IMG/VR virus record: IMGVR_UViG_3300006169_000164
Location: 1 to 39,512 of that record
Strand: one strand, 5' to 3'
DNA: 39,512 nucleotides
Source of the DNA: a virus
Lineage: Duplodnaviria > Caudoviricetes
Under the pieces are notes generated by a model. That model saw nothing but the letters and a program-made list of their open reading frames with translations, ran no database searches and was not told the DNA's origin. The position numbers were made by a program, and so were the translations under genes. Each line of letters begins with the position of its first letter. Within the stretch, counting starts at the first letter, position 1. Positions 35,908 to 39,512 of this stretch are shown piece after piece.

Positions 35908-36524
35908 TGATCGCCTACGCGTCTCGCACGGGCACCCGCCGCAATCTCGACGCTCTGCGCAAGGCAGGCTGGCGCTTGATGGTTTCAGCTCGCGGGGTGC
36001 TTCGTACCGAAGGCTTCCGCTACGCGCTCGACAACGGAGCGTGGACCGCCTTCCAGCGCGACGAGCCCTTCGACGTTGCTGCATTTGAGCGCGCGGTCGC
36101 CATGCTCGGCGACGGCGCGGACTTCATCGTACTGCCCGATATTGTGGCGGGCGGCCTGGACAGCCTCACCATGTCGGTTCGGTGGTGGCGACGGCTCCGC
36201 ACCTTGCCGGGTGGGGGCAAGGCGCCATTGCTCGTTGCGGTCCAAGACGGGATGCAACCACACGATCTCCGCTGCCTGGTCGGCCCGCATCTGGGAATTT
36301 TCGTCGGCGGCTCCACTGCTTGGAAGCTTCGGACCCTCCACCGTTGGGGAGAGTTCGGCCGCGCGAAGGGCGCCTACGTCCACGTCGGCCGCGTGAACAC
36401 GGTCAAGCGAGTTAATCTCTGCGGCTTTGCCGGCGTCAGTAGCTTCGACGGCTCCGGGCCCTCGCGCTTCGCCGACGAGCTGGCGCGTCTCGACAACGCG
36501 CGCCGCCAGGCGGTGCTCGTATGA
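35907..36524 (+). CDS. Compact TGT-fold (DpdA-like) protein
   Basis: ALDNGAW, LPDIV, AVQDG, FVGGS..WK, VHVGRVN, SSFDGS occur in the order of tRNA-guanine transglycosylase motifs. Confidence 0.55.
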   Translation: MIAYASRTGTRRNLDALRKAGWRLMVSARGVLRTEGFRYALDNGAWTAFQRDEPFDVAAFERAVAMLGDGADFIVLPDIVAGGLDSLTMSVRWWRRLRTLPGGGKAPLLVAVQDGMQPHDLRCLVGPHLGIFVGGSTAWKLRTLHRWGEFGRAKGAYVHVGRVNTVKRVNLCGFAGVSSFDGSGPSRFADELARLDNARRQAVLV

Positions 36525-36643
36525 GCTTCCCCGACGCCGTCGTCGCGCTGTTCTGCGCCCGCTCACTGCGCGCGCTCCGCCGACACTTGCGCTACGCGGT
36601 GGTCAACGCGGCCAACGACAACGCGCGCGAGGCTGCAGCGTGA
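36521..36643 (+). CDS. 40-aa peptide ending in an ssrA-like tag
   Basis: ATGA overlap; ends AANDNAREAAA-stop. Confidence 0.5.
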   Translation: MSFPDAVVALFCARSLRALRRHLRYAVVNAANDNAREAAA

Positions 36644-36648
36644 CCGCG

Positions 36649-36945
36649 TTAGTCGCCTCTACCGGCCGCGAGCCGCTCCCACATGGGCCACTCCGTGAGG
36701 TCGCGCAGCAACGGGGCGTCGGCACGGTCCTTCTCGTCGTCGGAATTATCAAGCCGGCCGACGCAGTCGATGATCTTCGACCGAACGTCTTGGGCAAACT
36801 CCGGTCCGAACCGCTCGGTGAGAACTTGCAGCGTGGCCACCGCGATCTCGGTGCCCGGATTAATCATCGGTTGGTAGGGCAGCTTGGCAAGGTCATCTCT
36901 AATCTGCTGCCGAAACGCTTCTTCGTCGAACCCCTTGATCGCCAT
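36649..36945 (-). CDS. Hypothetical protein on the opposite strand (moron-like)
   Basis: GGAG RBS; MAIKGFDEEAFRQQIRDDL..., 98 aa. Confidence 0.6.
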   Translation of the reverse strand: MAIKGFDEEAFRQQIRDDLAKLPYQPMINPGTEIAVATLQVLTERFGPEFAQDVRSKIIDCVGRLDNSDDEKDRADAPLLRDLTEWPMWERLAAGRGD

Positions 36946-37007
36946 ACTTCCGCTCCCTTGCTGGTCGGGCGTCAGCATCTGGGCGACTGTCGCGCGGAAT
37001 CAAGGGC

Positions 37008-37769
37008 GTGACCGGCCGCACCTCCACCGCCGTGATGCAGCGCCGCGAAGCGACCAGCGACGATCGTCGCGGCCCGCGCGGATTCCGCACCAGCCTGGAT
37101 TACTTTCCGACGCCCCCTTGGGCGACGCGGGCAGCCTGCGAGTTTCTGACCAACGAGCTCGGCGAGGATCTGCGCGGTCAAACTTGTTGGGAGCCGGCCT
37201 GCGGCGAGGGGTTCATGCCCCGCCCGCTTCGCGAGTCATTCGGCACCGTCGTCGCTAGCGACGTGCAGCGTTACGGTGACGATCACGAAATCTTCGATTT
37301 CGCCCTGCCCGGCCCGCCGCTCTGGCTTGCCGACTGGATCTTCACCAATCCGCCATTCCAGCTCGCCGCCGACTTCGTGAAGCGCGGGCTCGAGCGAGCG
37401 AGCCGCGGCGTCGTGATGTTCGTCCGCGGCGCCTTCACCGAGGGTGACGGCCGCTACCGCGAGCTGTTCGCCCCCGATGTCCGGCCGGCCTACGTGGTGA
37501 CCTATTGCGAGCGCGTCGTCCTGTTGCGCGATCGGCTGATCCGCGACCAGGCCATGGACCCCTTCAACCTGGACGGCGACGCCAATCCCCGCAAGGCGTC
37601 GAGCGCGACCAGTTATGCCCTGATGATCTGGCGGCGCGGCGAACACGATACCCGGCATCGCTGGATCGAGAAGTGCCGCCGCCGCCTCGAGCGCGACGGC
37701 GATTACCCGCTCTATCCCGAGCAGTGGGCCACGATCGCACCCGAGGCGGTGCTCGGGTCGCTCCTATGA
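37008..37769 (+). CDS. Amino (N6-A/N4-C) DNA methyltransferase
   Basis: DYFPTPPW, WEPACGEG (SAM binding), IFTNPPF (motif IV). Confidence 0.85.
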   Translation: MTGRTSTAVMQRREATSDDRRGPRGFRTSLDYFPTPPWATRAACEFLTNELGEDLRGQTCWEPACGEGFMPRPLRESFGTVVASDVQRYGDDHEIFDFALPGPPLWLADWIFTNPPFQLAADFVKRGLERASRGVVMFVRGAFTEGDGRYRELFAPDVRPAYVVTYCERVVLLRDRLIRDQAMDPFNLDGDANPRKASSATSYALMIWRRGEHDTRHRWIEKCRRRLERDGDYPLYPEQWATIAPEAVLGSLL

Positions 37770-37933
37770 CGGTCGTCCGACGCGCTGTAGATCCCGCGCT
37801 CGCCGATCTGGTGAAGGCCCTTGCGCGCACCGCGGCGCGGAGGGACAACCGGCTAGGCGGGTCGGGGGATTCGAGGCGAGGAAACCATGCGGACACTGAT
37901 CTACGCCCGCTTCTCCAGTCGCCTCCAGAATAG
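37766..37933 (+). CDS. Small ORF overlapping the integrase start (candidate directionality factor)
   Basis: ATGA overlap; DPALADLVKALARTAARRD helix; function inferred from position only. Confidence 0.45.
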   Translation: MTVVRRAVDPALADLVKALARTAARRDNRLGGSGDSRRGNHADTDLRPLLQSPPE

Positions 37934-39512
37934 CCTGTCGATCGACCAGCAGGTGACGGCCTGCCGCGAGCGCGCCGAGCGCGAGGGCTGGACCGTGATC
38001 GAGGCGTTCACCGATTACGCCATCAGCGGCGGCGCCGGCACGGGCGAAGCGCAGCGGCCCGGCCTTGCTGCCATGCTGGCCCGCGTCGAGCAGGGCGACA
38101 TCGAACAGGTGCTTGTCGACACCAGCAGCCGCATCGCCCGCAACCAGGGCGACGCCCACTACATCCGCGACCGTCTCAATCACCATGGCGCGCGCCTGTT
38201 CACGCTCGGCGACGGCGAGATCGACCGCTTCAAGGGCGCGTTCAAGGCGCTGGTCGACGAGCAGCAGCGCGTCGAGCTGCGCCACAATATCAAGCGCGGG
38301 CAGGCCGGCACCGTCCGGCAGGGCCGCTCGCCGGCCGGGCTGGCCTATGGCTATCGCACCGCCAACCGTATCGACGCCGGCGGGCGGCCTGTTCGCGGAC
38401 TGCGCGAGGTCGATCCCGAGCAAGCGGCGATCGTCGAGCGTATCTTTCGCGAGTACGCCGGCGGCGCGAGCCCGGTGGCCATCGCGCGCGGCCTCAACGC
38501 CGCCGGGATTCCCGGCCCGCGCGGCTCGCGCTGGCGCGCCACCACGATCCGCCCCGACCGGACGCGCGGGAACGGCATGCTTTCGAACAGGCTCTACGTC
38601 GGCGAGTTGGTGCACAACCGCACCAGCAAGGTGACGGACCCGGTCACCCGCGCGACGCTGATCAGGCCGAACCCGGAAAGCGCTTGGATCGTCGAGCCCG
38701 TCCCGCACCTGCGCATCATCGACGATGGCCTCTGGCGGGCCGTGCAGGCCGAAATGGAGCGCAATCGACTGGACACCGCGCCGGTCAGGATGCGGCGCCC
38801 TGCGCACATCCTCTCCGGTCTCGGCATCTGCGGCACATGCGGCGGCCCCTGGAACGTCATCAACAACGGCTTTTGGGGCTGCGGGGCGCGGCGTGAAGGC
38901 GGTACTTGCGGAAACAACCGCAGCATCTCGACCGAGAGCTACGAGCGGCGCGTGATCGACGGACTCGAGCGGTCGATGCTCGACCCCGATCTGGTGGCCA
39001 TCTACGTCCGCGAATATCACGAGGAGCGAACGCGCCTCGCGGCCGACGAGCGCCGTCGGCGCGCGCGGCTGACCCGCCAGCTCGCCGAAAGCACGGCGCG
39101 CGTCGACCGCCTGGTCGCTGCGATCGGCGACGGCGGTCTCGACTTCGCCGAGGTCCGCGAGGCGCTCGCGGTCGCGCGCGCGGAGCGCGCCGAGGCCGAG
39201 CTGCAACTCGCCGAGTTGGCCGCCGCGCCGGTGGTGGCGCTGCACCCGAACGTGATCGCGGACTATCGCCGGCAGGTCGCCAGCCTGCACGAAGCGCTCG
39301 CCGATCCTGACGCCCGCCCCGACGCGGTGCCCGCGCTGCGCTCGTTGATCGACCGCCTCGTGCTTTCGCCTAACCCGCATGGCCGTGGGGTCACGATCGA
39401 GATCGAAGGCCGCCTCAACGCGATCCTAGCGCTCGCTACCGGCCAAGCCCCGCCTGCGCCGCCACTATCGCCAAAGGTGGAGCGGGTGAAGGGAATCGAA
39501 CCCTCGTCGTAA
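37887..39512 (+). CDS. int: Large serine integrase
   Basis: IYARFSS catalytic motif, SRIARN, recombinase domain YGYR, Zn ribbon CGTCGG..CG..C, coiled coil. Confidence 0.95.
   Translation: MRTLIYARFSSRLQNSLSIDQQVTACRERAEREGWTVIEAFTDYAISGGAGTGEAQRPGLAAMLARVEQGDIEQVLVDTSSRIARNQGDAHYIRDRLNHHGARLFTLGDGEIDRFKGAFKALVDEQQRVELRHNIKRGQAGTVRQGRSPAGLAYGYRTANRIDAGGRPVRGLREVDPEQAAIVERIFREYAGGASPVAIARGLNAAGIPGPRGSRWRATTIRPDRTRGNGMLSNRLYVGELVHNRTSKVTDPVTRATLIRPNPESAWIVEPVPHLRIIDDGLWRAVQAEMERNRLDTAPVRMRRPAHILSGLGICGTCGGPWNVINNGFWGCGARREGGTCGNNRSISTESYERRVIDGLERSMLDPDLVAIYVREYHEERTRLAADERRRRARLTRQLAESTARVDRLVAAIGDGGLDFAEVREALAVARAERAEAELQLAELAAAPVVALHPNVIADYRRQVASLHEALADPDARPDAVPALRSLIDRLVLSPNPHGRGVTIEIEGRLNAILALATGQAPPAPPLSPKVERVKGIEPSS
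39478..39512 (-). tRNA. 3' part of tRNA-Gly (probable att site), cut by the window edge
   Basis: Reverse complement TTACGACGAGGGTTCGATTCCCTTCACCCGCTCCA gives a T-arm, acceptor strand, U73 discriminator and CCA. Confidence 0.85.

Larger units (their letters stand above)
1..39512. mobile_element. P2-like prophage integrated at tRNA-Gly; the left boundary is probably outside the window
   Basis: Full set of P2-type virion genes, lysis cassette, cI/cro switch and integrase next to a tRNA 3' end. Confidence 0.95.

Noticed and set aside
221-39380. Many long alternative-frame or antisense ORFs (e.g. 3593-5905, 28168-31569, 33248-35641, 37764-39380)
   Set aside because: Shadow ORFs typical of high-GC DNA; they overlap well-supported genes and show no recognisable motifs

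Overview
The window is a near-complete, GC-rich P2-like (contractile-tail) prophage, probably in an alphaproteobacterial host. Host clues are a GTTC-N7-GTTC LexA box and an AANDN ssrA-like motif; Sphingomonadales is inferred. Gene order: two small ORFs, a Dam-type methylase, portal and terminase (- strand), then capsid, tail, baseplate, fibre, spike, lysis, sheath, tape measure and gpD (+). Next come a lipoprotein and a lambda-type cI (-), then cro, ogr, small early ORFs, a primase-helicase, a nucleic-acid-modification cluster (Nmad5-like, ASCH, Dcm, TGT/DpdA-like, N6/N4-MTase) and a large serine integrase whose last codons are the antisense 3' end of a tRNA-Gly. The most unusual signal is non-coding. 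Two families of structured, covarying palindromic repeats sit only at junctions of the virion genes. Several of those spacers are filled end to end by unannotated mini-ORFs that overlap the upstream stop and the downstream start, which would preserve translational coupling. All product calls come from motif recognition and synteny by eye; no database searches were run.
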